A DNA stretch of 64,000 nucleotides from Methylotenera sp. Lineage in GTDB: Bacteria > Pseudomonadota > Gammaproteobacteria > Burkholderiales > Burkholderiaceae_C. The stretch is from NCBI GenBank assembly GCA_021738245.1, contig JAIPCJ010000001.1:11504-75503 (forward strand), given 5' to 3'. How positions within the stretch are numbered: position 1 is the stretch's first letter; the number at the start of each line of letters is the position of its first letter. A program made the translations under genes and the position numbers. Positions 27,873-37,431 of the stretch are shown piece after piece. The notes beneath the pieces are model-generated. The model was given only the letters and a program-made list of their open reading frames with translations. It was not told the DNA's origin and made no database searches.

Positions 27873-29414
27873 TCAAGCCCCCGCAGGCAGGGCGGCCAGC
27901 TGGCTCACGCTGGCCTGCCGGTACGGCGCGCACAGCTGCTCGACGTAGGCCTGGTGCCCGGGCAGCCCTGCCACGGTGCGCGCGACCCTGGTGTGGATGT
28001 CGCCCAGGAAGCGCGTGAGCTCGTCACGGCCCATGAGGTCGGCCACCGGGTGGTAGCGCGCGGGCGTGATGCCCTGGCCCATCATGACCTGCACCCAGGA
28101 GTTCTCGGCAAAGAGCTCGTCGCTCGGGCGGAACACCCGGGCCGTCTCGCGGAAGAGCTCGATGCGGTGGCGCAGCGAGGGCAGGATGTCCATCTCGCGC
28201 ACATGCGTCCACAGCGCCGAGTCGGTGCGTTCGTTCACGTGATAGTGCAGCACGATGAAGTCGCGGATGTGCTCCAGCTCACGCTTGCTCTGCGCATTGA
28301 ACTCGTCGACGTCGGCCTGCTGGATGCCGCCTGACGGGAAGGTTTGCATCAGCCGCACGGCCGCGCGCTGGATCAGGTGGATGCTGGTGGACTCCAGCGG
28401 CTCGACAAAGCCGCTGGCCAGGCCGACCGCGATGCAGTTGCGATGCCAGACCTTGTCGCGCTGACCCGGCAGGAACTTGATGACGCGAGGCTGCGTGAGC
28501 AGTTCGCCCTCGACGTTCTTCTTGAGCACCTCGGGCGCATCGGCGTCGCTCATCTCCTTGCTGCTGTAGACGAGGCCATTGCCCACGCGATGCTGCAGCG
28601 GGATGCGCCATTGCCAGCCAAAGGGGTGGGCGATGGAGCGGGTATAGGGCCAGGCCTCGCGCACCGAGGCCGTCTGCACCGCGACGGCGCGGTCGCAGGG
28701 CAGCCAGTACGACCAGTCTTCATAACCCACGCCCAGGGCCTCGCCCAGCAGCATGGAGCGAAAGCCCGTGCAGTCGATGAACAGGTCGCCATCGATGCGG
28801 CTGCCATCCTGCATCTGCAGCGCGGTGATGGGGCCGTCCCGCCCCTGCGGGCCGTCCATCAGCACGGCGCCGATCTTGCCTTCGATGCGCTTGACGCCAT
28901 GCGCCTCGCTCATCGCGCGCAGGTACTTGGCATAGCGGCCGGCGTCGAGGTGGTAGGCGTAGTTCAGGCCGCTGCGCGGCACATGGGCGAAGCGGTTGGC
29001 AAAGGCGGCCACCGTCTCGGGGTTGTAGTCGGTGTAGGTGCGCGCCAGGCCGTCGCGCCGGCCCTTGAGCCAGAAGTGCTGGAAACCGGCGCTCCAGTGG
29101 TCGTTGCCGGTGCTGCCGAAGGAGTGGAAATAGTCCTGGCCGATGTTCTTCCAGCCCTCGAAATTGATGCCGAGCTTGAAGGTGGCGTTGGTGGCCGCCA
29201 TGAACTCGGCCTCGTTGATGCCGAGCAGGTTGTGGAAGGTCAGCAGGGCGGGGATGGTCGCCTCGCCGACGCCCACGGTGCCGATCTCCTCGGACTCGAC
29301 CAGCTTGATGTCGAGCTGCTTGCCGAGCAGCTTGCTCATCAGGGCGGCCATCATCCAGCCGGCGGTGCCGCCGCCGGCAATGACGACGCGGTTGAAGGGC
29401 TTGGAAGTGTTCAT
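27873..29414 (-). CDS. tryptophan-halogenase-family flavin-dependent halogenase, copy 2
   Basis: GGGTAG, VGVGEATIP, ATFKLGI, WQWRIP and GFVEPLES motifs; ATGA overlap with the cupin gene. Confidence 0.92.
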   Translation of the reverse strand: MNTSKPFNRVVIAGGGTAGWMMAALMSKLLGKQLDIKLVESEEIGTVGVGEATIPALLTFHNLLGINEAEFMAATNATFKLGINFEGWKNIGQDYFHSFGSTGNDHWSAGFQHFWLKGRRDGLARTYTDYNPETVAAFANRFAHVPRSGLNYAYHLDAGRYAKYLRAMSEAHGVKRIEGKIGAVLMDGPQGRDGPITALQMQDGSRIDGDLFIDCTGFRSMLLGEALGVGYEDWSYWLPCDRAVAVQTASVREAWPYTRSIAHPFGWQWRIPLQHRVGNGLVYSSKEMSDADAPEVLKKNVEGELLTQPRVIKFLPGQRDKVWHRNCIAVGLASGFVEPLESTSIHLIQRAAVRLMQTFPSGGIQQADVDEFNAQSKRELEHIRDFIVLHYHVNERTDSALWTHVREMDILPSLRHRIELFRETARVFRPSDELFAENSWVQVMMGQGITPARYHPVADLMGRDELTRFLGDIHTRVARTVAGLPGHQAYVEQLCAPYRQASVSQLAALPAGA

Positions 29415-30424
29415 CGCTTGAGTTGGTTCAAGAGTTGGGTGCGGGCCTGGCGCGACAGCGTCTCGTCGATGGGCCCGAGCAGGCCGCGGGCGGTGGCGGG
29501 AATGTGGTCCCAGGGCTGCGGGTCGTCGTTGAAGATGAAGTGATCGAGGTGGTGGCGCCAGATGCGCTTTTCTTTCTCGGGCAGGTCGCGCAGGGTCATC
29601 AGCGCCAGGCGCAGCGTGCTCAGCGGCGAATCCACGTACTCGGGGGTCTGCCGCCACCAGGCGTTGATCAGCAGGTTGACCGGCGCCAGGCCCTCCACGT
29701 GGTGGAACCACATGCTCGGGATGAAGAGGGCATCCCCCGGGTCCAGCTCCACCACCTCGCCGGCGGCCAGCGCCTGCGCGAAGCGGGGGAAGCGGTTGAA
29801 GTCAGGCGCGGCGAAGTCCACCAGGCTGATGGGCTGGCCGGCGGGTGTCGGGTCGAGCGGCCCGACGTAGAGGTTCTTGATCTGCTCCGGCGGGAACACC
29901 GTGAAGCGCCGCCGGCCCGCCGCCACCACCGCGAGGTTGTCCGGCAGGTCGTAGTGCGCGGCGATGCGGGTGCGGTTGCCCAGCCACAGGCTGACGAGCG
30001 CGTCCCGCGCGCCCAGGCCCAGGCCGTTGGCCTCCATGAAGCCGGGCAGCACGGCCTCCACCGTGGTCGAGCCCACGTACAGCGCCGGTGGCTCGGCCAC
30101 CGGGGCCACACCGAGCAAGCCGGTGAGCACCTGGTCGAGGGTGGCGCTGTAGCGGTTGAAGTTGAAGCGGGTCAGGCCCTCGTCGGCGTAGAACACACGG
30201 CCGCGCTCCTGGGGTTCGAGCTGGAACAGGCCGACGTGCACGCCGTTGTACAGGCCCATCAGATAGCGGGCCAGGGCTTCGTCAGACTGGCGCGCCGCCT
30301 GCACCACCGGCCAGTGCGCGAAGCCGCCGCGCACCACGTAGGGCCGCTCGGCCTTCAGCAAATCATCGGGCAGCGCGTTCGGGTCGAACGGGCCGGGCCA
30401 GGCGGGGACCTCACGCAACGGCAT
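29411..30424 (-). CDS. cupin-like / JmjC-type Fe(II) oxygenase (Cupin_8)
   Basis: SLWLGN, AHYD (HxD), GDALFIPSMWFHHVE (distal His) and LLINAWW motifs. Start at MPLREV; an alternative GTG lies at 30451. Confidence 0.85.
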   Translation of the reverse strand: MPLREVPAWPGPFDPNALPDDLLKAERPYVVRGGFAHWPVVQAARQSDEALARYLMGLYNGVHVGLFQLEPQERGRVFYADEGLTRFNFNRYSATLDQVLTGLLGVAPVAEPPALYVGSTTVEAVLPGFMEANGLGLGARDALVSLWLGNRTRIAAHYDLPDNLAVVAAGRRRFTVFPPEQIKNLYVGPLDPTPAGQPISLVDFAAPDFNRFPRFAQALAAGEVVELDPGDALFIPSMWFHHVEGLAPVNLLINAWWRQTPEYVDSPLSTLRLALMTLRDLPEKEKRIWRHHLDHFIFNDDPQPWDHIPATARGLLGPIDETLSRQARTQLLNQLKR

Positions 30425-30447
30425 GCTGTTTCCAGGTCGGTGATTCG

Positions 30448-30525
30448 CCACAGAGGCACAGAGGCACAGAGAAACCGGCCCGTGTTCGCACCCGGGCCAT
30501 CGGTCTGTGCCTCTTTGTCTCTGGG
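30448..30525. repeat. CACAGAG-type palindromic repeat, copy 3 (degenerate)
   Basis: CCACAGAGGCACAGAGGCACAGAG ... TCTGTGCCTCTTTGTCTCTGGG between sapC and the cupin gene. Confidence 0.75.
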
Positions 30526-30541
30526 ACCACGTTCATTGCGC

Positions 30542-31258
30542 TCAGCTCCGCCGCTGCCGGCTGGCACGCTCCAGCAGCACCGGCAGCTGCGCGAGCGAGG
30601 CGATCTGCATGTAGATGGGCAGCAGGTGGCCCTCGCGCGCCAGCGTCTCCAGCGCCGCGCCGGGCAGGGCGGCCAGGCGCTCCTCGTTGATGGTGAACAG
30701 GCCTGTCAGGCGCCCTTGCTCGCCGCTGGGGGTCTCGATGTCGATGACGAAGGGCTCCAGCAGCTGGTGGCGGGTGAGCGCCTCGATGAAGACGGGCAGC
30801 TGCTGCGCGTGTGCATGCAGGTGTTCCATCAGCTGCACGATGTGGTCGAGGTAGTCGCTGAAGCCGCCATGCGGCATGAAGAGGGCCGTGCCGACCTCGC
30901 CTTCGTCCGGCCGCACGATGCGCGGGCTGGCCAGGTCGATGTGCAGCTGCAGCGTGTCGTCGGGCGCGCGGCCGATCATGAAGGGGTCGCGCTGCAGGGC
31001 CATGGGCATCACGGGTGCGTCCCAGCCGGTGGGGGTCAGGAAGAGGTTCTGGCCTTCTTCCAGGCCGAACAGCGCGACCGGCTGAAAGCCGGCGTCGCCC
31101 TCCACCAGCTGGAAGACGATGGGGAAGTGCGCCTGCAGTTGGCGGAACTCGGCCGGCAGCGCGAGGCAGGACTGGCGGGCATCGCCGTGGGCCGCGGAGC
31201 GATCGGTGTGGATGCGCAGATGGCGGTGGGTGACGTTGTCGAGCAGGGCGGGAGTCAT
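30542..31258 (-). CDS. SapC-family protein
   Basis: LDNVTHRHLR, EFRQLQAHFPIVF, ALFGLEEGQNLFL and PF.IG pattern; typical position between halogenase and cupin genes. Confidence 0.82.
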   Translation of the reverse strand: MTPALLDNVTHRHLRIHTDRSAAHGDARQSCLALPAEFRQLQAHFPIVFQLVEGDAGFQPVALFGLEEGQNLFLTPTGWDAPVMPMALQRDPFMIGRAPDDTLQLHIDLASPRIVRPDEGEVGTALFMPHGGFSDYLDHIVQLMEHLHAHAQQLPVFIEALTRHQLLEPFVIDIETPSGEQGRLTGLFTINEERLAALPGAALETLAREGHLLPIYMQIASLAQLPVLLERASRQRRS

Positions 31259-32787
31259 GCGATGGACTGGTGGAGGTGATCGATCAAGGCGCGATGGCCC
31301 GGCAGGCCCGGCACGAAGCGGCGAGCCTGGCGGACGGCTTCGTCGAAGCAGGCCTGCGCCACCTGCAGGCGATCAGCGGGCGGGGCCTGCCGCTCGGGGC
31401 GAAAGCCCATGCCGTAGAGCACGTATTGGTAGCTGGCGGATGGGAAGACCTCGTCATTGCGGCCGAAGTCATGCCGGGCCGGGGCGCGCAGGCGCCACAT
31501 CGGCAGCAGTTCGCGCAGCCGCTCGGGCCAGGTGGCGGGGTCGCGGTGGTCGCGCCAGTAGGCGCTGTCGTCGCGCTGGCTGAGGGCGTAATGCAGCTTC
31601 AGGAAGTCGATGACGCGGGCCCAGCGGTAGCTGAAGTCGTCGTTGAAGCGGCGGGCCACGGCGTCCATGGTGGTGCGGGTCATCGGCAACTCGTCGCACA
31701 GGCGCTGGACGGAGAGTTCCACCATCGCCAGCGCGGAGGCTTCCAGCGGCTCGATGAAACCCGAGGCCAGGCCGATGGCGACGCAGTTGCGCACCCAGAA
31801 GCGCTCCCGGTAGCCGGGGTCGTAGCGGATCTGCCGCGGCGTGGGGCGGTCGGGCGGTGTGCCGGTCGCGTCGAGGTAGGCCTGCAGGGCGGCCTGGGCC
31901 TCGTCATCGCTGGCATGCCGGCGCGAGTACACGCAGCCCACACCGCGGCGGCTGGGCAGGCCGATGTCCCAGATCCAACCCTTGGCCCAGGCAGTGGCGA
32001 TGGTGCAGGTGGCCAGCGGCGCATCGGGCTGGGCGTGGGGCACCTGCACCGGCATGGCGGCGTCGTTGAACAGCACGTCGCGCTCGCTCTTCAGGCCCAC
32101 GCCGAAGTGCTCGCCGATGAGCCGCGCCGACAGGCCCGAGCAGTCGATGAACAGGTCGCCGGGCAGCGGGCCATGGGCGCGGGTCTGCAGCGCGGTGATG
32201 TCGCCCTCGGCGCTGGTGAGCACCGCATCGACATGGTCGACGACGTGCCGCACGTTCAGCCGCTGCGTGGCGTGCTCGCGCAGCATCTGGGCAAACAGGC
32301 CGGCATCGAAGTGGTAGGCGTAGTTGGCGACGGCGGCGAAGCCGGGGGTCTGTACCTGCTTGGGGGCACGGCCGGCTTCGCAGACCTGCACCGACGGGCT
32401 GACGACATCCGCGAAAGGCCGCTCAGGCTGGGTGGCGAGCCAGGCCTGCACCAGGTCGACATCGCCATAGCCGACCGGCAGCATGAAGGGGTGGTAGTAG
32501 CGGTCGCCCTGGGCGCCGGGGGCACCGCGCGACCAGCCGTCAAAGCGTGAGCCCTGCTTGAACGAGACCTGGCAGCGGCGGATGAAGGCCGCCTCGTCCA
32601 GCCCGATGCGGCGCAGGGTGTCGCGCATCGAGGGCCAGGTACCTTCGCCCACGCCGATGGTGGGGACGTCAGTGGATTCGATCAGCGTGATGCGCAGATC
32701 GCCGTGCTCGGCCGCGAGCAGACCCGCCACCAGCCAGCCCGCCGAGCCGCCGCCCAGCACCACGACTTCACGCACTCTCTCGTTCAC
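31255..32787 (-). CDS. tryptophan-halogenase-family flavin-dependent halogenase, copy 3
   Basis: GGGSAG, IGVGEGTWP, SFKQG, WIWDIG and GFIEPLEA motifs; GTG start with AGGAGG RBS. Confidence 0.9.
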   Translation of the reverse strand: MNERVREVVVLGGGSAGWLVAGLLAAEHGDLRITLIESTDVPTIGVGEGTWPSMRDTLRRIGLDEAAFIRRCQVSFKQGSRFDGWSRGAPGAQGDRYYHPFMLPVGYGDVDLVQAWLATQPERPFADVVSPSVQVCEAGRAPKQVQTPGFAAVANYAYHFDAGLFAQMLREHATQRLNVRHVVDHVDAVLTSAEGDITALQTRAHGPLPGDLFIDCSGLSARLIGEHFGVGLKSERDVLFNDAAMPVQVPHAQPDAPLATCTIATAWAKGWIWDIGLPSRRGVGCVYSRRHASDDEAQAALQAYLDATGTPPDRPTPRQIRYDPGYRERFWVRNCVAIGLASGFIEPLEASALAMVELSVQRLCDELPMTRTTMDAVARRFNDDFSYRWARVIDFLKLHYALSQRDDSAYWRDHRDPATWPERLRELLPMWRLRAPARHDFGRNDEVFPSASYQYVLYGMGFRPERQAPPADRLQVAQACFDEAVRQARRFVPGLPGHRALIDHLHQSIA

Positions 32788-32801
32788 GGACGCACCTCCT
32801 G

Positions 32802-32827
32802 AAAGAAAAAGGGCCGCTTGCGCGGCC
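32802..32827 (-). terminator. intrinsic terminator between the TBDR and halogenase genes
   Basis: Minus strand GGCCGC-GCAA-GCGGCC followed by CTTTTTCTTT, directly before the halogenase RBS. Confidence 0.7.
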
Positions 32828-32976
32828 TCGCCAAGCGGCGAACAAGGGCGGAGCTCCACGCAGGGCAGCACCGCCGAACCAGACTTTGCCTCACAAGGAC
32901 GCGTCGTTGCGTCCCGACTTTCCTTGACCTCCCCGCGGGAAGGGGGGCCGGACGGCGCCGGCCCCGAGGCGCGATC

Positions 32977-35970
32977 TCAGAACTTGTAACGCGCGCCGAT
33001 CATGATGCGGCGGCCCAGCTGGGTCACCGCGCCGATCTGGTTCTCGTTGCGCAGGTGGGTGCGGGTGTACTGGTCGGTCAGGTTGATGGCTTCGAACTGC
33101 AGGCGCAGGTTCTTGTCGAAGTTGTAGCCCACGCTCAGGTCGAACTGGCCATAGGGCTCGACGTACAGCGGCTGGGCGCCTTCGACGCCGCCGTAGTTGG
33201 CGGCCAGGAACTTGCCGCGCCAGTTGTAGGCCAGGCGGGTGGTCCAGGTCTCGTTCTCGAAGAAGCCCACCAGGTTGCCCGAGTCACCCAGGCCCACGAG
33301 CACGTCGGTCTGCGCGCCGGCCTTGTTGTTGTCGTAGCTCAGGTTGGAGCGGACCTTGGTGAAGTTCGCCGACACGCCGAAGCCGGTGTTGCCGAAGATG
33401 TGCTGGGCGTTGAGCTCGATGCCGTTGAGCTTGCTGGTGCGCTGGTTGTTCTGGAAGGTGCCCATCTGAAACACCAGCAGCGGGTCGGTGGGCTGGGCGG
33501 TGATGATCTTGTTGGTCGCGTCCACGCCCGGCTGGCCGGCGAAGTTGGCGAAGATGTAGTCGCGGATGCAACCCGAATCGTTCGCCGCGCACTTGCCGAC
33601 CTGCACCGCCTTCTGGAAGTAGCCGCCGCCGATCGGCGTGGTGATGCCGGCGATGGTCTGCGGGGTGATGATGGCCTCGTTGTAGTCCTTCAGCGACTTG
33701 CGGAAGTAGCTGGCCGCGATGTAGCTGCTCTTGGCGTAGTAGTACTCGCTGGAGAAGTCGAGGTTGTTGGACTGCAGCGGCTTCAGGTCGGGGTTGCCCA
33801 CGGAGCCCGAACCACCGTCGATGCGGGCCAGGCCATTGAGCGTGCGACCGCCCTGGATGGCGTTCCAGCCGGGGCGACCGATGGTCTTGCCGTAGCTGGC
33901 GCGCACCTTCCAGTCAGCGCTCAGGTCAGCGCTCCAGTCGATGGAGGGCAGGGCGTAGCCGTACTTGCCGTCGCGCGAGGCGTTGGTGGTGCCGTTGAAG
34001 GTGATCGGGATCTCGTTGGCCGACACCCAGCGCACGGTGGAGGGCACGGATTCGACGCTCGGCGAATGCACCTTGGTGCGCTCGTAGCGCAGGCCGGCCG
34101 AGAGGTCCATCGGCACGCCCCAGTCCCAGGCCAGGTTGTACTGACCGAACAGCGCCTGCGACTTTTCCGTGGTGCGGTAGTCGTCGGTGAAGTTGAACGA
34201 CGCCTTGAGCAGCGAGTCCGAGCCCAGCGCCTTGATGGCCGCGGCGCGCAGGTCCTCGAAGTTGAAGTAGAAGAACTGGTTGAACAGCCGCGGGTCGTTG
34301 GAGCCCGGGATGCGGCTGAAGTACTTGCTGATGGAGTCGACCTTCCAGATGTCGTCCGGCATGGCCGACGGGCCGCCGGCGGCGCCGCCACCCCAGGTGT
34401 CGCGCTGCACGTTGGCGAAGGCCGAGCGGTTCTTGACCTCGGTGAGCGAGAGGCCGAAGTCCAGGCTGCTGTCGGCGTCGATCTTCCAGTTGCCCTTGGT
34501 CTGGATCTGGTTGACCTCGTTCTTCTGGTAGCTGTTGCCGAAGACCGAGCCCTGCAGCTCCATCAGCTTGGGGTCCAGCGTGGTGCCCTTGATGTTGAGC
34601 ACCGGGAACTTGTTGCTGAAGTCGACGTAGGTGTCGTTGCGGTTCAGCGAGGCCGTGCCCAGGGTCACGCTCGTGCCCAGCGGGTCGTTGGCGCCCGAGG
34701 TCGCGGTGGCGTGGTGGGCGTCGAAGTCGAAGTTCAGCGCATCGGTGGCCTTCCACTTCAGGTTCAGGCCGATCTGCTGGTTCTTGTTCTTGGTCTGGAT
34801 GCGCGAGGCGCCCATGGCCAAGTCGGAGTTGGTCATGCGCTCGCCGTAGATGACGGGCGAGGAGGGCGAGCCCTGCTGGTATTCACCGAACTGGCCGCCG
34901 TAGTTGAACCAGGCGGAGATGTCGTTGCGGCGCTGGCGGAACTTCTGCTCCGACATGATGAAGTCCAGCGTGCCGACCACGTCTTTCACCGGGCGCATCT
35001 GCAGCACGAGCTGGCCGTTCAGGCGCTCGCGGTGCACGCCGGTGAACGAGTAGTTCATGTTCTGCGGCACGCTGTAGATGGAGTTGGCGGTCGGGCGGTT
35101 CTTGATGTCGCCCGACGAGGCCGGCGGCAGGCCGCCCCAGACGGCGTTGCTGCCGCTCCAGTCGTTGTCCTTGATGCCGTCGAAGGTCTTCCAGCCGCTG
35201 CTGACGTTGGCCTGCGAGTAGCCGGAGTCGCGCACCTGGTAGGTACCCATCAGCGCGATGCCGAACATGCCGTCGTTGGTTTGCGTGCTGTAGATGCCGC
35301 TCAGCTCGGGCGTGGCGTTCTTGCCCTGCTCCTCGCCGGGCAGGCGGCGGGCCGACTGGTCGCTGACCAGCTTGACGCCGACCTGGGCGATGGTGTCCTT
35401 GATGTCGAACGGGCGCTGGGTGCGCACATTGATGGTGGCGCCCATGCCGCCGGTGGGGCTGCTGGCGCGGCTGGTCTTGTAGACCTCCAGCGCGGCGACG
35501 CCATCCGAGGCGAGGTTGGAGAAGTCGAAAGAGCGCGAGCTCGGGGCGCTGCCGTCGATGCTGGAGGCCGGCATCTGGCGGCCGTTGAGCAGCACGAGGT
35601 TGAAGTCCGGGCCCATGCCGCGCACGGTCACGCGGGTGCCTTCGCCGTTGCTGCGGTCGATGGACACGCCGGAGATGCGGCTCAGCGACTCAGCGAGGTT
35701 GGTGTCGGGGAACTTGCCGATGTCCTCGGCCACGATGCCGTCGACCAGGCCGGAGGACGAGCGCTTCAGGTTGACCGAGGTCTCCAGCGACTTGCGGATG
35801 CCGGTGACGACCACCGTCTCCAGCTGCGTCGTGCTGGCCAGCGCCTGCGGCACCGAGGTGCTGGGCGTGGGGCCCGCATTGGGTTGCTGGGCGTGGGCAG
35901 CGCCCATGCACAGCAGGCCGCTTGCGGCGGCCAGGGTCGTGAGGCGAAGGGCAGGGCGAAGCTGTCTCAT
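32977..35970 (-). CDS. TonB-dependent receptor (carbohydrate-uptake type)
   Basis: TonB box ETVVVTG; DGIVAEDIGKFPDTNLAESLSRISGV plug; C-terminal F; 997 aa. Confidence 0.95.
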   Translation of the reverse strand: MRQLRPALRLTTLAAASGLLCMGAAHAQQPNAGPTPSTSVPQALASTTQLETVVVTGIRKSLETSVNLKRSSSGLVDGIVAEDIGKFPDTNLAESLSRISGVSIDRSNGEGTRVTVRGMGPDFNLVLLNGRQMPASSIDGSAPSSRSFDFSNLASDGVAALEVYKTSRASSPTGGMGATINVRTQRPFDIKDTIAQVGVKLVSDQSARRLPGEEQGKNATPELSGIYSTQTNDGMFGIALMGTYQVRDSGYSQANVSSGWKTFDGIKDNDWSGSNAVWGGLPPASSGDIKNRPTANSIYSVPQNMNYSFTGVHRERLNGQLVLQMRPVKDVVGTLDFIMSEQKFRQRRNDISAWFNYGGQFGEYQQGSPSSPVIYGERMTNSDLAMGASRIQTKNKNQQIGLNLKWKATDALNFDFDAHHATATSGANDPLGTSVTLGTASLNRNDTYVDFSNKFPVLNIKGTTLDPKLMELQGSVFGNSYQKNEVNQIQTKGNWKIDADSSLDFGLSLTEVKNRSAFANVQRDTWGGGAAGGPSAMPDDIWKVDSISKYFSRIPGSNDPRLFNQFFYFNFEDLRAAAIKALGSDSLLKASFNFTDDYRTTEKSQALFGQYNLAWDWGVPMDLSAGLRYERTKVHSPSVESVPSTVRWVSANEIPITFNGTTNASRDGKYGYALPSIDWSADLSADWKVRASYGKTIGRPGWNAIQGGRTLNGLARIDGGSGSVGNPDLKPLQSNNLDFSSEYYYAKSSYIAASYFRKSLKDYNEAIITPQTIAGITTPIGGGYFQKAVQVGKCAANDSGCIRDYIFANFAGQPGVDATNKIITAQPTDPLLVFQMGTFQNNQRTSKLNGIELNAQHIFGNTGFGVSANFTKVRSNLSYDNNKAGAQTDVLVGLGDSGNLVGFFENETWTTRLAYNWRGKFLAANYGGVEGAQPLYVEPYGQFDLSVGYNFDKNLRLQFEAINLTDQYTRTHLRNENQIGAVTQLGRRIMIGARYKF

Positions 35971-36017
35971 TCACTTGTCTCCAGAGTTGTGATCTTGTCG
36001 TGTGCTCGGTGATGAGC

Positions 36018-36031
36018 TGAAAGCGCTTTCA
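36018..36031. promoter_or_regulatory. LacI-family operator TGAAAGCGCTTTCA
   Basis: Perfect 14-bp palindrome with central CG upstream of the TBDR. Confidence 0.85.
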
Positions 36032-36043
36032 AGAATAAGCGAT

Positions 36044-36057
36044 TGGAAGCGCTTTCA
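36044..36057. promoter_or_regulatory. LacI-family operator TGGAAGCGCTTTCA
   Basis: One-mismatch copy 26 bp from the previous site. Confidence 0.8.
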
Positions 36058-36219
36058 ACCTAGGCAACACCCTCGGTGTGCGGTGTGCCCGCAACGGCGG
36101 GCGCTGCGGGCGTCCTGCCGCGTCAGGCAGGCGATGTGATCGCTCCCATGGGAGAAATCAGCCGCCGCGTCCCGAACTCGGAACATGCCAGGTCGAAAAG
36201 CGTCCGCTCGCTCTCGCGA

Positions 36220-36233
36220 TGAAAGCGCTTTCA
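36220..36233. promoter_or_regulatory. LacI-family operator TGAAAGCGCTTTCA (distal)
   Basis: Perfect copy, extending to the 16-bp ATGAAAGCGCTTTCAT. Confidence 0.85.
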
Positions 36234-36320
36234 TTTGATGATGCGGCCTGACCCGCCGGGCGGCCACATGGTTTACCCGTGCCGCGCAACAGTTCCCGCG
36301 TTGGAACGGGGCGTGCGGCT

Positions 36321-37370
36321 TCAGCGCGGCAGGCGCCGGGTGCTCTCGCGCACCACCAGCTCGGGCGCCGGCAGTTGGGCCTTGGGCTGGCCGCCGCGCA
36401 GCATCTCCAGCATGGCCGTGGCCGCCTCGACGCCGATCTCGTAGACCGACTGCCGCACCGTGGTCAGCGGCGGCATGGCGTAGCGCGCCATGATGAGGTC
36501 GTCGAAGCCGACGAGGGAGACATCGTCCGGCACCCGCACATTGCGGCGGTGCAGCCCGAGGCAGGCGCCGATGGCCATCTGGTCGTTGGAGGCGAACAGC
36601 GCCGTGAAGTGCATGTCCCGCTCCAGCAGCCGGGTGACCGACAGCATGCCGCCGGCCTCGGTGTAGTCGCTCTGCACGATGAGCTGCGGGTCCACGGGGA
36701 TGCCGGCGGCGGCGAGGGCATCGAAGTAGCCGTTCTGGCGCTCCACCGCGTCGTCGTGCATCAGGTCGCCGGCGATGAAGGCGATGCGCCGATGGCCCTG
36801 CTCGATGAGATGCTGCGTGGCCAGTCGGGCGCCCTCGCGGTTGTCGAAGCTGAAGCTGAAAAGCTGCGGCCCCGACAGCTGCCGGCCCACGACCACCATG
36901 GGCAGCGCGTCCGACACTCGGCTGAGTTCGTCGTCCGACAGTCGGCCGGCCAGCACGATGACGCCGTCCACCCGGCGCGACAGCAGGGTCTCGATGGCCT
37001 TGCGCTCGTCGTCTTCATGCCAGTTACCTGACACGAACAGCGGCACATAGCCAGCGCGTTCGAGCTCGCGCTCGATGCCGAGCAGGGCCTCGCCGTAGAA
37101 GGGGCTGGAGATGATCTGCGTGACCACGCCCACGCTCAGCGTGCGCCCGCCGGCCAGCCCGCGCGCGACCGGGTTGGGCCGGAAGCCCAAGTCGCGGATG
37201 GCGGCCTGCACCGCATCCTTCTTGGCCTGGCTGACGGCCGCGGTGCCGTTGAGGATGCGTGAGACCGTGCTGGGCGAGACGCCCGCGGCTTCAGCCACCT
37301 GCTCCAGCGTGACGACGCCTTCGGGGCGGCTGGGGAGCGCTTTCTTGGCGGGCAGGTTCTTGTGGTTCAT
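36321..37370 (-). CDS. LacI-family transcriptional regulator (BglR-like)
   Basis: TLEQVAEAAGVSPSTVSRILNG HTH, PNPVARGL hinge, NDQMAIG, VSLVGFDD and PLTTVRQ motifs. Confidence 0.95.
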   Translation of the reverse strand: MNHKNLPAKKALPSRPEGVVTLEQVAEAAGVSPSTVSRILNGTAAVSQAKKDAVQAAIRDLGFRPNPVARGLAGGRTLSVGVVTQIISSPFYGEALLGIERELERAGYVPLFVSGNWHEDDERKAIETLLSRRVDGVIVLAGRLSDDELSRVSDALPMVVVGRQLSGPQLFSFSFDNREGARLATQHLIEQGHRRIAFIAGDLMHDDAVERQNGYFDALAAAGIPVDPQLIVQSDYTEAGGMLSVTRLLERDMHFTALFASNDQMAIGACLGLHRRNVRVPDDVSLVGFDDLIMARYAMPPLTTVRQSVYEIGVEAATAMLEMLRGGQPKAQLPAPELVVRESTRRLPR

Positions 37371-37431
37371 CGGCGGCAGGCGGTCGAAGCCGCGAGTTTA
37401 GGCGCGGCCCCGTGCCGCCCTGCCGCACCCG

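Noticed and set aside
17538-32787. Halogenases as part of a secondary-metabolite cluster such as pyrrolnitrin or rebeccamycin
   Set aside because: No prnBCD, rebO/D, NRPS/PKS or flavin reductase genes nearby; the context is glycan uptake.
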